Assembly (NCBI RefSeq): GCF_001194135.2
Contig: NC_068986.1
Location: 92,161,436 to 92,200,213, forward strand
DNA length: 38,778 bases
Direction: 5' to 3'
Source of the DNA: Octopus bimaculoides
Taxonomy: Eukaryota
Numbering within the stretch: position 1 is the stretch's first letter; every line of letters begins with the position of its first letter. The position numbers were made by a program, and so were the translations under genes. The notes beneath the pieces were generated by a model. The model worked only from the letters and a program-made list of their open reading frames with translations. It searched no databases and was not told the origin of the DNA. Of the stretch, positions 11,391 through 22,790 are shown piece by piece.

Positions 11391-11874
11391 CATCTTTTCA
11401 AAACTCGACGTTCTCTCACAATGAATCAGTAAGCACTGCCTTCCGCACTATGCTGTATACGCTGCCTCTGTGTAAAAATGCATATTTGTATACACATATT
11501 TTATACGCATTTATGCATGTATATGAGTATATGTATACAAACACAATGACTCCCCCCCTACATATATATATATATATATATATGAGAAAGGGTGAAGGAA
11601 AGACGTAAAGGATGGAGGGCTATATTGCTTAATCACAGGAATTTGAGGAAATGCTTAGTAAGTTTTAATTACACAATATATGCATGTATATATGAGTGGT
11701 GTGTGTGTGGGTGTGTAGAGTGTGAATGTATTGTGTAGGAGTATTAACTCTGTAACAGTATGTATGCATACGAACATACAGCTCTGTAAAATATACATGA
11801 ATGTATGTCTAAAAGGGCAGCTGTTTATATACACTTATTAGTATTCACACCCAAAAACACACTGAAATATGCAT

Positions 11875-11875
<1 letters not shown>

Positions 11876-11944
<69 letters not shown>
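11876..11944. repeat. Compound (CT)n(CA)n microsatellite
   Basis: Direct reading. Confidence 0.95.
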
Positions 11945-11947
<3 letters not shown>

Positions 11948-11974
11948 CTAACGAATACGCCTGAATGTCGACTA

Positions 11975-12130
11975 TCTAGAAACACCAACCAAATTTGTCT
12001 AAATTTGTACCCTCGTACGAATTTGATAGAATGTTTACATTGGAAATTTCGGAATAATCGACTTGATGGCCATGGCTGGAATATATTTGATCATGGGTCA
12101 GTTCGACTCGGTACTAAACAACAATAAAAA
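11975..12130 (+). repeat. Interspersed repeat E
   Basis: CTAGAAAC..CA.CCAAAT... and ATGGCCATGGCTGGAAT...TTTGATCAT...CTAAACAACAATAA shared with 29600-29900 and 35250-35465. Confidence 0.55.
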
Positions 12131-12289
12131 ATACACGACCACAAACACTCATACACATATTAGAAACTCGCAGATACATATACGTATATACGACAGTAGA
12201 CGATGTTTGGGAGGAGAAGCATAAGTCAAAAAGCGAATCTTAAAAGAAAACTGAATAGAAACAAGATCCTGTGTTTATGCCACTTTAAA

Positions 12290-12852
12290 ACAGTGCACGA
12301 GGGAGGACAGTGCGCCAGATGTCAACTCACCAATCGGGTGTGCAGTAATAGTTTGCAGAGGAACGAACGGGATCTGGGCCAATTCTTTGATTAACAACGA
12401 AATGAACGACCTGCTGCACCAAAAGATTGTCCTACCAACAGTAGTCTAAGCAGAGAAACTTGGAAAATGACTGCCAAGATCGCTCAAAGGTTGAAGGCAT
12501 TCCACCTATGGCATCTATGCAGAATACTCAAGTGGTTAGAGTCACAAACTCTAAAGTTCTGAGAAGAGCCATTCTACGCAGTCTGTAAGAGATTGTTGCG
12601 AAAAGAAGATGGAAATTTGCGGCTCATGTTTTCCGACTGTCAGAAGGACGAATAGCCAAGACAGTTATACAATGGGTGCCACCAACAGGATGAAGGAAGA
12701 GAGAACGATCCAGGAAGACATGGCGCGTCACCTTCAAAGAAGACCTAAAGCAACTTAACATCGCCTGGAAAGATGCAGGCTCCAAACTGGAATGACTGGA
12801 GACGTCTTTCTACTCAATGTATAGGCCAATTGTGCAAGAGGAACTAAAACTA
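12290..12852 (+). mobile_element. RTE-clade LINE 3' fragment (post-RT region), degraded
   Basis: Joined frames give EDSAPDVNSPIGCA...GIWANSL...KIVLPTVV*...ETWKMTAKIAQRLKAF...KRRWKFAAHVFRLSEGRIAKTVIQWVPPTG*RKRERSRKTWRVTFKEDLKQLNI. These are classic RTE C-terminal motifs. Ends in an AACTAA-type tail. Confidence 0.85.
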
Positions 12853-13392
12853 AATTTAGATTGCATCTGTCAACGTCAAACGCTAACTTAGCAAGTACTG
12901 AGATCCGCGAAAACACACGAAAGGAATACTCCAATCTGGCTGCGATTCAATGACGAAATTCAGTGAAATATCTTTGAAAAATGGTAAAATAATGTTTAAG
13001 AAACAAATTGAAGGAATATGATGATAAGGTCAATGACTTATGCAACGTGCATTTCTAACTTAAATATAACTTAAATTTCTAATTCAAAAATAAAAATGAA
13101 ACGTAAGCCTTAAAAAGCCTCAAGAAAATTGCATATTTTTAACGTGATGCATAAGATATGCAATTACTTTTAAGGACATGCGTACATGATTGTGGAAGTG
13201 TATACGCATGTGAAAGTTTGTGTATCTATCATGTAACTGTGTGGGTAAGTGATCGGGTGGGTGGGTCATTGAATGGTTTGATGGCTGGCTGGATAGATGG
13301 ATGGTTAAATGTATATTACACTCTAGCAAGTGAAAATTCTCAAGACTTTTATATAAACTAAATGTTGATCTGGCTTTTTTATTGCCTTATAT

Positions 13393-13393
<1 letters not shown>

Positions 13394-13449
<56 letters not shown>

Positions 13450-13582
13450 GTGTGTGTGTCTGTGTCTTAGGAGGTATATTTCATGAGTAGCAAGAAATAA
13501 CGAAGGGCATTCAGAACAGGAAAGAGCGAAAATTTATCTTCGTGGGAGAATTGCAATTGGCAATGAACTCTTAAAGAGTAGT

Positions 13583-13647
<65 letters not shown>
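13394..13647. repeat. (CA)n at ~13394-13447 and (TA)n at ~13586-13647
   Basis: Direct reading. Confidence 0.9.
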
Positions 13648-13649
<2 letters not shown>

Positions 13650-15241
13650 TTACGGAATTGAGTGGGAAATATCCGGGCTACATATTCTTCATAGCAAGTG
13701 GAACCTCATAAGTGGAAAGATCCTTCCGGCTCAATAAACCACTATTGTCCCTAAAGTAATTTTTTTTATATATACTTAGTAAGGATTGCTTGAAGCTAAC
13801 TTTCTTCCTACACTTCAATCTCTAGATTTTACATATATATATATATAAACAAGGGTTACCGTGGAGTTTTTGCAAATATTAATGCGTTTATGAGAATCCG
13901 TATTTATAAATATTTTTGTTGAATCTTTCTTTTTTAAAGTGCAATATGTACTTACAATAATAAAATAATATATAAATTATATGGTTTGTTTTGACTAAGC
14001 ATTCTGCCTATTTTTTCTATAAATGGAAGGCGATGAGTGCTGTGAGAGGATTTCTCCCTCTGAGACAGTTTTCGTTCCAAGTAGAAGCCAAATAAACTTC
14101 CAGTTTCTGACGCCAGTGTTGCCTTTGGGAAAGTCTTTGCACTGGCTGTCGTTACTTTACTCATCAATACACTACAACCATTAGCTGACATATATAATCT
14201 GTCCCTTGTTCCTCAGAAATGGTTTTTGGTTTACTCTGTCCAAACACAGCTAGCAATTCTACGTATGTTTCATCCTTCCGTTACTTTTACTGTGACTCAA
14301 CTTCCGGACATCATACGTAAAAATCAAAATCTTTCCCTGATCTTTGGGGATTTCCCCAAGCGCATGCACTTTTCTTTAATACAATAACCTTTAGGATTCA
14401 AATTGAACATCAACTGTCATAATATAACTAGCCTGAGAAGGACGGCCGAGTGTCCTTTCCATTTCTCCTCCTGGCTATCATATTAAAAAGCAACAAGACA
14501 TTGTGGCCTTGTGCTCCCAGTAAAGTAACTAATAATTAAGGACGCAATATATCTTCAAATATCTGAGGGTGTACCTATACAGCTGCGTTGTATTCATGAT
14601 ATTCCCCACGAGACCTGGGAAGCAAGCTAAAGAAACACTTGCCTTCAACACCGAACGTAAAGGGAGATGGCTCAATTTTACGAGACCTCAACTTGTTAGA
14701 GCAATAACACTTCATGTGAGTGTTATGCTTCATACAAACTTAATTATGGAACAAAATCGAAGTTATGATTCGCTATCTCCAACGTAAAAAAAGTCTGTAA
14801 ATTTATAAATAGAAATGAGAACCTATATAGCACATAAATGATCTATGGTAATAATGGTGGTGCTGCTGATGATGATTAAAGAAAAATAAATTAGGGGAAT
14901 AATGAAGCGACTGACTTGCAAGAACAAGGAATTGTTGGAAGAAAGGAAAGAAAGAAACACATATGATGAATATGAGTATTTTGAATTATTTAAAGTACGT
15001 TTATATGTAAGTGTGTGTGTGAGTGTGTGTGTGTGTGTCTGTGTGTGAGTGCGCGTATCTACACATACACACATATATATGAGGATCTATCTCTCTGTTT
15101 TCCTGTTTATCTATCAATCTACGCACGCACACATACATAATCATATATACTTACATACGTATGCTTACACACAAACGTATAAACACGAACTTTCCACTCT
15201 TTCCCACAAAACGTATATATATGTACATACTCTCACGCATA

Positions 15242-15242
<1 letters not shown>

Positions 15243-15283
<41 letters not shown>

Positions 15284-15371
15284 CCTATCTATCTATCTAT
15301 CTATCTATCTACACACACATATACGTGTGTGCCACATACATACATACATACATACATACATACATACATAC
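15243..15371. repeat. (TATC)n and (TACA)n tetranucleotide repeats
   Basis: Direct reading. Confidence 0.95.
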
Positions 15372-15638
15372 TAGACTGGTCGTGCCGTTTTATCTCTTCA
15401 CTATTGGATAAGTTGGTGAAGTTACACACGATTGCTTTGCATGCTTGAGTGGTTGAGATGCTTATTTCCACATCATTGCATTTAGAATTGATCTTAGTCA
15501 ATCAGACTAGAAAGACTGTATGTTTTCCTCTACCCACCCCATCTCTCTTTACAGCTCACAATTATACACACATACAGAGGCATGTACACAAGCATATACA
15601 TACACGTATGATTATATATATATATATATATATATATG

Positions 15639-15663
15639 ATTATATATATGATTACATTATGTA

Positions 15664-15715
<52 letters not shown>

Positions 15716-15746
15716 TAATTATACATAATGTAATCATATATATAAT
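15639..15746. repeat. AT-rich palindrome centred on (AT)n
   Basis: 34-bp perfect inverted arms 15639-15672 and 15713-15746 (including ATGATTACATTATGTATAATT) around an (AT)n core. Confidence 0.85.
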
Positions 15747-16113
15747 GTAATCATTTATATTATATATATGTATGTATATAATCTTATTTACGCCCACACA
15801 CATACAAAGGAATGGGTGTGTGCGCACGCGCACGTTGAGTTAGTGGTGATGGTATTGTCTTGGTGCTAGTAGGGGTGAGACTAGTGTTGAATTAATGGTG
15901 GTGTTGATGTGTGTGTGTGTGTGTCCTGGTGGTATTGGTGGTGACGGTGCCTATGATAGTGTGAGAGTGCGGATAATAATGATTGGGAAGGTGTATGTGT
16001 AATAGTAAATGTCATTGTATGATGGTGTTACTGTGTAATAGAAGCAGTTGCAGGCAGGCAGACAGACAGACCGACAGACAGACAGACAGACAGACAGACA
16101 GATAGATAGATAG

Positions 16114-16809
16114 ATAGATAGATAAGTAGTAGTAGTAGTAGTAGTAGATTTGTGAAGCCCCAGATGGCAAAGAACGAATCAAGTTTCGATTAGGGAGCAA
16201 ATATTTAAGAAAAAGTGGAAGTGGATCGGTAGCACACTTAGAATAGACACACCAAATGTAGCGAAAAGTGCTTTACAGTGGAATCCGGATGGATATAAAA
16301 AAAGGGGTAGGCCTAAGAACTCGTGGCGTAGATCAACACAAAAGGAACTAGATCAGAACTCTACCTTTTTTTAAAGAGACACGGATCTTAAATTTACTCA
16401 GTTCTAATCTGTAATGATCTGTCAAGTTTACAAGCGCTGATCTTAACTTCTTAACTTCTTGCCTTTAACCCTCTAACGCGGAGTATAGGCCATTTATAAT
16501 TGAATTTCATGTCGCATAATTTTTCGCTTCTGTACTTATACTCTGCCGTGAATGTCCCCCTTTCTCTAGTTCCTTTTGTGTTGATCTACGCCACGAGTTC
16601 TTAGGCCTACCCCTTTTTTTATATCCATCCGGATTCCACTGTAAAGCACTTTTCGCTACATTTGGTGTGTCTATTCTAAGTGTGCTACCGATCCACTTCC
16701 ACTTTTTCTTAAATATTTGCTCCCTAATCGAAACTTGATTCGTTCTTTGCCATCTGGGGCTTCACAAATCTACTACTACTACTACTACTACTACTACTTA
16801 TCTATCTAT
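16114..16809. repeat. Inverted duplication: arms 16114-16352 and 16565-16809, 212-bp spacer
   Basis: Base-by-base comparison shows identical arms except the (TAG)n count, 7 vs 9. The right arm runs into the gap at 16810. Confidence 0.95.
16440..16715 (-). mobile_element. RTE-clade LINE 3' fragment (its 5' part is duplicated on the + strand at ~16200-16352)
   Basis: FKKKWKWIGSTLRIDTPNVAKSALQWNPDGYKKRGRPKNSWRRSTQKELEK is an RTE C-terminal motif. Ends in an (AAGAAGTT)2 tail at ~16440-16460. Confidence 0.85.
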
Positions 16810-17003
16810 NNNNNNNNNNNNNNNNNNNNNNNNNNNNNNNNNNNNNNNNNNNNNNNNNNNNNNNNNNNNNNNNNNNNNNNNNNNNNNNNNNNNNNNNNNN
16901 NNNNNNNNNNNNNNNNNNNNNNNNNNNNNNNNNNNNNNNNNNNNNNNNNNNNNNNNNNNNNNNNNNNNNNNNNNNNNNNNNNNNNNNNNNNNNNNNNNNN
17001 NNN

Positions 17004-17319
17004 TGGTGGTGGTGGTGGTAGTAGTAGTAGTACTTGTAGTAGTAGTAGTAGTAGTAGTTGCAGCAGCAGCAATGGCGGTAGCAGTGATGTAAGATGAGTA
17101 ATGTAAGATGACTACGATGAGATAACGATAATGAGGCTATGATGACAGCAGCATGATAATAAAGATTGATGATTCTGATAAGGTTGATGGTAGTGGCGAC
17201 GATGATAGCGATGGTAATAATGGTGATGATGATGATGGTGGTCGTCGTCGTGGCGACGATGGACCATAATTATGAAGTGGACCATAAATATGATGATGAC
17301 GATAATAATAATGGAGGCA

Positions 17320-17351
<32 letters not shown>

Positions 17352-17460
17352 AATGAGCATGACTATAATAATGAAGATAATGGTGATGGTGGCTATAAGA
17401 TGGTGACTCTAATAATGAAGATAATGGTGATACTGTGGATGGTAAAAATGGTAATTATAG
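17004..17460. repeat. Long cryptic (GAT/GGT/AAT/TAG)n trinucleotide tract
   Basis: Direct reading. Confidence 0.9.
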
Positions 17461-17589
17461 TTTTGTTTTGGGTCGTACTTTTGAAGCATTGAAAAATTTA
17501 AAAATAAATCTTACAAAATTGCACCGATTCCTTATTTAGCTTTTATCTGATGTTATTAATAACTACGTTTCGTACTTAAGCAACTTCGC

Positions 17590-17799
17590 AAAAATCTTCC
17601 ACCCATCCATTCATCCATCTTCTCCGCTTACTATTCCTGAGAGTGTCGTTGAGGGTAGAGTCTTCAGGCACTTCCTCTATAGAGTCCTATCAAAAGCAAC
17701 CGTCATTACACCTTCCGGCTGGATTCCCAAGCGTGGCCAACTGAGACTATGAATGTTATCCAACCATCTCGTTCTTGATCTATCCCTAGGTTTCCTTTC
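17590..17799 (-). mobile_element. RTE-clade LINE 3' fragment
   Basis: RKPRDRSRTRWLDNIHSLSWPRLGIQPEGVMTVAFDR with a GGAT-repeat tail. Homologous to 8810-8997. Confidence 0.75.
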
Positions 17800-17985
17800 G
17801 GTTATAGGCACAAGGCCTGAAATTTGTGGGAAGGGGACTAGTCGATTACATTGACCCCAGTGTTTCACTGGTACTTAAATTATCGACCCTGAAAGAAATG
17901 AAAAGCAAAGTCGACCTCGGTGAAATTTGAACACAGAACATAATGACGGAAGAAATGCCTCTAAGCATTTTGCCCGTCGTGCTCA
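17793..17985 (-). mobile_element. SINE family B (tail type 2)
   Basis: TTCAAATTTCACCGAGGTCGACTTTGC.TTTCAT...GTCGATAATTTAAGTACCAG...TTTCAGGCCTTGTGCCTATA. Confidence 0.8.
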
Positions 17986-18007
17986 GAAACAAATAACGAA
18001 AATAGTG

Positions 18008-18092
18008 GAGTCGATTTGCTCAACTAAAACCCTTCAAGGCAGTAACCCCGGCATGGCAGTAGTCCCGTGATTGAAACAAGTAAAAGATAAAA
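18008..18092 (+). mobile_element. SINE family A 3' tail fragment
   Basis: GTCGATTTGCTCAACTAAAACCCTTCAAGGC...GCATGGC...GAAACAAGTAAAAGA. Confidence 0.65.
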
Positions 18093-18626
18093 AATATCAA
18101 GTACCGTGTATAAATACTCAGGGTAGGCAGGAGTCATCAGTAAAATATATTGTCGACAAAAGACCTTATCGTTATGTAACTAAACGTTGTAGATTCCTCG
18201 TGTTTACTTAAGCAAATTATTGCAGCAAATAAATTTTAATAATATCCGGTTCTTAGCCACACACTTTCATTAGAAACAACGAATAACAAACATGGAAAAA
18301 GTCTCTATTTTCTGTAACGTAACCACACAAGCGTTCCTCACTGTTTGTACCACGTGGTTAGAAATATCCTCGTTAATTTCGTCTATTTACGCTGTTAAAT
18401 ATGTTTTTGTTCAGGCATTGGTTTACAATTTTTATTAATATTCAACAGTTTTTCATAAGGCCATTTAAAGGAAAAATGTCTTATTTGAAAAGGGTCGGAT
18501 TGCGAAATAAAATACAACTTTAAAAATTTGTTCAATGGGCAAAGGTATACGATGCAACTTGCGAACATAGACAATAAAATTATGTGGAGTATGATACAGC
18601 AAAAGTATTAAGTAATGGAAGCATGA

Positions 18627-18933
18627 GTGGAGGCGCAATGGCCCAGTGGTTAGGGCAGCGGACTCGCGGTCGGAGGATCGCGGTTTCGATTCCCAGACCA
18701 GGCGTTGTGAGTGTTTATTGAACGAAAACACCTAAAGCTCCACGAGGCTCCGGCAGGGGGGTTGGGGAGGCGACCCCTGTTGTACTCTTTCGCTCCAACT
18801 TTCTCTCACTCTTTCTTCCTGTTTCTTGAGTAACGCTGCGATGGACTGGCGTCCCGTCCAGCTGGGGGGAACACATATACCATGAGCCAGGCTAGGCTTT
18901 AAAAAGGGCGTATAAATAAATAAATAAAAAATA
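18627..18933 (+). mobile_element. Full-length tRNA-derived SINE: head C + tail Y
   Basis: A box TGGCCCAGTGG, B box GGTTTCGATTCC, (TAAA)n tail. Perfect 13-bp TSD AATGGAAGCATGA at 18614-18626 and 18934-18946. Confidence 0.92.
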
Positions 18934-19309
18934 AATGGAAGCATGAAAGAACGAAGAATATTTTCCATACGCTCATTTGTTTATTATGTCAGCCCAAATC
19001 TAAGCACACTCTTCATTTTACAACGAAAAGCATGAGTTATTCTGTTTAAGGCATTTTGGAGCTAGAGTTAGTATGTTTAAGAACATCAGATATTAGAATA
19101 TATATATATATGTATGTGTTGTATGTGTGTGTGTGTGTGTGTGTGGAGAGAGAGACGTGGGGTGCAATTATGTGGATAAACAAATTAAATATAACAGCTT
19201 GGGTATGAAATGCAAAATATGTATAAATGTATACATGCATGCATACATATATAGCCACCATACTTTACCCCGTGGAACTGTAAAGATAACGGAGTGTAAG
19301 TTTGAATCA

Positions 19310-19512
19310 TTTGAGCGCTACTGAGTGTCTCTGAATCTCAGCGGTATTTCTTCCAGCCTATTATATTCTGAGTTCAAATTCCGCCAAGGTCGACTTTACC
19401 TTTTATGTTTTCGAGGTCAATAAAATAGGTAGCACTCGAGCCTTGAGCTCAGCGTAAGCGACTCGCTCCCTTCTCCCAATTTCAGGCCTTGTGCCTATAA
19501 TAGAAAGGATTA
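19310..19512 (+). mobile_element. SINE family B (tail type 2), degraded
   Basis: TTCTGAGTTCAAATTCCGCCAAGGTCGACTTT...TTTCAGGCCTTGTGCCTATAATAGAAAGGATT. Confidence 0.75.
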
Positions 19513-19574
19513 TCTTTATTATTGGGGCTGTTCTGGTTTCATCCTTCCCCAAATTTCAGTCGTGTAATAAAAAA

Positions 19575-19784
19575 GTGAAGTTGTCTCCCGAGCTGGATTC
19601 CCGGTCTCCATGGCGTACATATTCCCAACCTGGACGGGATGCCGGTCCATCACTGGATTACTCGGGAGCAAAAGGAAATGAAGTGTCCTGCTCAAGAACA
19701 CAACGCATCGCCCGGTTCAGGAATCGAAACCACAATCTTACGATCATGAGTACAACACCCTAACCACTAAGCCACGCACCTTCA
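19575..19784 (-). mobile_element. tRNA-derived SINE: head D + tail Y
   Basis: Minus strand GTGGCTTAGTGGTTAGGG (A box), GGTTTCGATTCC (B box), GTTGTGTTCTTGAGCAGGACACTT, then GAGTAA...GATGGACCGGCATCCCGTCCAGG. Confidence 0.8.
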
Positions 19785-20018
19785 TGTCGGACAATAGAAA
19801 GAGTTATGACTGTTATCATTACTTTATACCCCTCTTTCACACGTTCCCTGGGTTAATATCATCTGATACACGTGAATCAGTTTACTTGACACAATGTAGG
19901 AGATTTAAACTCGTATCTGCACAGTTATGTAGTTCGCCAGACAGAAACAATCGAAATTCTCATGCTCTATTCTCCACCACACCCCCCATCTTACAACTTC
20001 TAAGTATTCCAAGGACAT

Positions 20019-20060
<42 letters not shown>

Positions 20061-20149
20061 CACACACACATGTGCATTATAATATGTAAAATAATATACC
20101 ATGTATATAATAATATACCATATGTATACTAATACAATATATACTATAT

Positions 20150-20250
20150 GACTTTTACTGTTTCATTTGCTTCATTTATTGAACTGTGACCATGCTAGGG
20201 CGCCACCTTCAAGGATTTTGCTCGATTAAATCGACGTCAATATTTATTCT
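20150..20250 (-). mobile_element. SINE family A 3' tail fragment
   Basis: CTTTTACT.TTTCA...CCATGCTAGGGCGCCACCTTCAAGG...TCGA matches the family A tail. Confidence 0.55.
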
Positions 20251-20967
20251 TTAATCTGCTGCCAATCGTATCGCTCTCTATTTGTCGAACCGTTACGACA
20301 CGGGGCATAAACAAAAATACCTTCTTTTTTTCAAGGGATGTTACGGCAAGGAGACACTTAGAGACAGCCACATGCAAATCGCCACGCGAACACATACACT
20401 CAAACGACACACACACACACGATGGACTTCTGCTCAGTTTCAAACACAAAGCATCAATTGGCCCGAGGTTATTTATAGATTCTCAAATGCCACCAAGTAG
20501 GACCGAACCTGACGCATGAATTAACACAACACAGCATTTATTGGATAATTTGAAACGTAAGGTATACCTTTTTAATAAACATACAAGTTTAGCCTCGATG
20601 TTGTACTAAACAAAATGGTTACATCAAAGATTAATAATNNNNNNNNNNNNNNNNNNNNNNNNNNNNNNNNNNNNNNNNNNNNNNNNNNNNNNNNNNNNNN
20701 NNNNNNNNNNNNNNNNNNNNNNNNNNNNNNNNNNNNNNNNNNNNNNNNNNNNNNNNNNNNNNNNNNNNNNNNNNNNNNNNNNNNNNNNNNNNNNNNNNNN
20801 NNNNNNNNNNNNNNNNNNNNNNNNNNNNNNNNNNNNNNNNNNNNNNNNNNNNNNNNNNNNNNNNNNNNNNNNNNNNNNNNNNNNNNNNNNNNNNNNNNNN
20901 NNNNNNNNNNNNNNNNNNNNNNNNNNNNNNNNNNNNNNNNNNNNNNNNNNNNNNNNNNNNNNNAATA

Positions 20968-21192
20968 GGGCGGCGAGCTGGCAGAAACGTTAGAACGCCG
21001 GGCAAAATGCTTAACGGTATTTCGTCCGTCTTTACATTGAGTTCAAATTCCGCCGAGGTCGATTTTGCATTTTATCCTTTCAGGGTCGATAAAATAAGTA
21101 GCAGTCACGCACTGGGGTCGATATAATCGACTAGCCCACCCCCCTCGCCACTCCAAAATTTCAGGTCTTGTGCCTATAGTAGGAACGATTAT
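20968..21192 (+). mobile_element. SINE family B (tail type 2)
   Basis: GGCGGCGAGCTGGCAGAAACGTTAG...GAGTTCAAATTCCGCCGAGGTCGA...TCATCCTTTCGGGGTCGATAAA-like domain...TTGTGCCTATAGTAGGAACGATT. Confidence 0.88.
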
Positions 21193-21239
21193 CGTAAACA
21201 AAGATTAATTTATCCTAGCGAGGATAAACTATTTTTTAA

Positions 21240-21625
21240 TCTTTTACTTGTTTCACTCATTGGACTGCACCTATGCTGGGGCACCGCCTTGAAGAATTTT
21301 CAGTCGAATGAACTGACCCCAGTACTTATTTTTTAAAACCTCGTACTTATTCTATCGGCCTCTTTTACTGAAACGCCAAATTACGGGGCAGTAAATACAC
21401 CAACACCGGTTGCAAGTGGTGGAGGGGGGGGGACAAACAAACACACATACATACATACACACATGAAGCGCTTCTTTCAGTTTCCGTCTACCAAATCCGC
21501 TCAAGGCTTTGGTCAGCCCGAGGCTATACTAGAATACACTTGCCCAAGGTGCCACGCCGTGAGACTGAACCCGGGACCATGTGGCTGGGAAGCAAGCTTT
21601 TTAACACTCAGCTACTACTGCGCCT
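21240..21625 (-). mobile_element. Full-length SINE family A
   Basis: Head with GGTCCCGGGTTCAGTCTC B box, CORE-like GGCACCTTGGGCAAGTG, central (TG/TATG)n, and the tail shared with 4770-4945. Confidence 0.88.
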
Positions 21626-21884
21626 GTTCAATAAAATGTCTATGCTTAATAAAAATGTATAATTTACATTACAAATCATTCATAAGAGATTATGTAGTAC
21701 CCTATGAATGAATTCACGTTGTCAGCGCATGCACTGTTATGCAGATCAAACAGATCTGTTTATACTGTGGCCGAGTTTGATAAATACTATAAATAACTAG
21801 CTACAAGCTAATAATCTCCATGTGCTGATGATATAGAACACACACACACACACACACACACACGTGAGTGCGTTTAAATGTGTG

Positions 21885-22056
21885 TGTCGTTGTGTTCGTC
21901 TCCACTACCACTTCATAACTGGTGTTGGGTTGCTAACCTCCTCGTAACTTAGCGGTTCAGTAAAAGGAACCGATAGAATAAGCACTGCGGTTGATATGTT
22001 CGACTAAACCCTTCAAGAAGGTGCTCCAGCATGGCCGCAGTCAAGTGACTGAAACA
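21885..22056 (+). mobile_element. SINE family A 3' half
   Basis: CGTAACTTAGCGGTTC.G.AAAAG.AACCGATAGAATAAG...GGTGCTCCAGCATGGCCGCAGTCAAGTGACTGAAACA. Confidence 0.8.
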
Positions 22057-22339
22057 TATATATACATTTCTACACAAGAGTCTGAACAAATGTATAATTA
22101 CACACGCATACATATGAGAATGTGCTTATAATACAGCAGTAAGGAGGGGGTCAGTGTGACTATTTCTATGTTTTAGCGTCTGTGTTTGTATGTGTGTGTG
22201 TGTGTGTGTGTGTGTTTGAGTGTGTATACGTGTACGTATGTACTTACACGTCACGGTGAACAACGCCTTGAGAAGAAAATAAAAACGTCTGGTCGACCCA
22301 GTTCTACAGTGGTGGGAGCGTTTGACAGTGTGGCCGACA

Positions 22340-22644
22340 GCACCGCCACCACTACCACCGACACCACCATAATTACAACACCATCGCCACTAATACTGCT
22401 TAATCTTACCGGCATTTTATCTACTACCTCTTTACCAGACTCTTTAACCCACCTCGCTGAAGCTCCTCACACTACCACCACTACCATCATCATCATCATC
22501 ATCATCATTGCCACCAGCGCCATCACCCCCCTCTTCCATCATCACTGTATTTATTCGTTACCTCTCTACTCTTTCTTGTCTCCAATGCCGCCGCCGCCGC
22601 AGCCGCAGCCACCGTCACCGTCACCGCCACCACCACCACCACCA

Positions 22645-22675
<31 letters not shown>

Positions 22676-22790
22676 GACAGTTCACCTTCACGACTACGAC
22701 CATCGTTACTACATCCCATTTCTACCTTTCACGACGGCGACGACGACCAGCATCACCAGTGCCACTACCGCCGTTCTTCTACTACTCCCG
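22340..22790. repeat. Long cryptic (CAC/CAT/CTA/CCG)n trinucleotide tract
   Basis: Direct reading. It generates the spurious 22186/22508 ORFs. Confidence 0.9.

Noticed and set aside
13952-14790. Non-repetitive stretch with short ORFs (13952..14191, 14569..14787)
   Set aside because: No TSP1 or other motif in the frames I read. It may be an old TE, but nothing supports a call.
18627-18710. tRNA-like sequences (also at 26234, 37700-37767, 19710-19784, 36450-36530, 150-247)
   Set aside because: A and B boxes are present, but there is no complete cloverleaf or acceptor stem. Each continues into a SINE body, some with TSDs, so these are SINE heads rather than tRNA genes.
21749-21762. 14-bp palindrome AAACAGATCTGTTT (also GAACCCTAGGGTTC at ~5133 and TTCACGTGAA at ~31865)
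   Set aside because: Short palindromes of this size are expected by chance or belong to a MITE subterminus.
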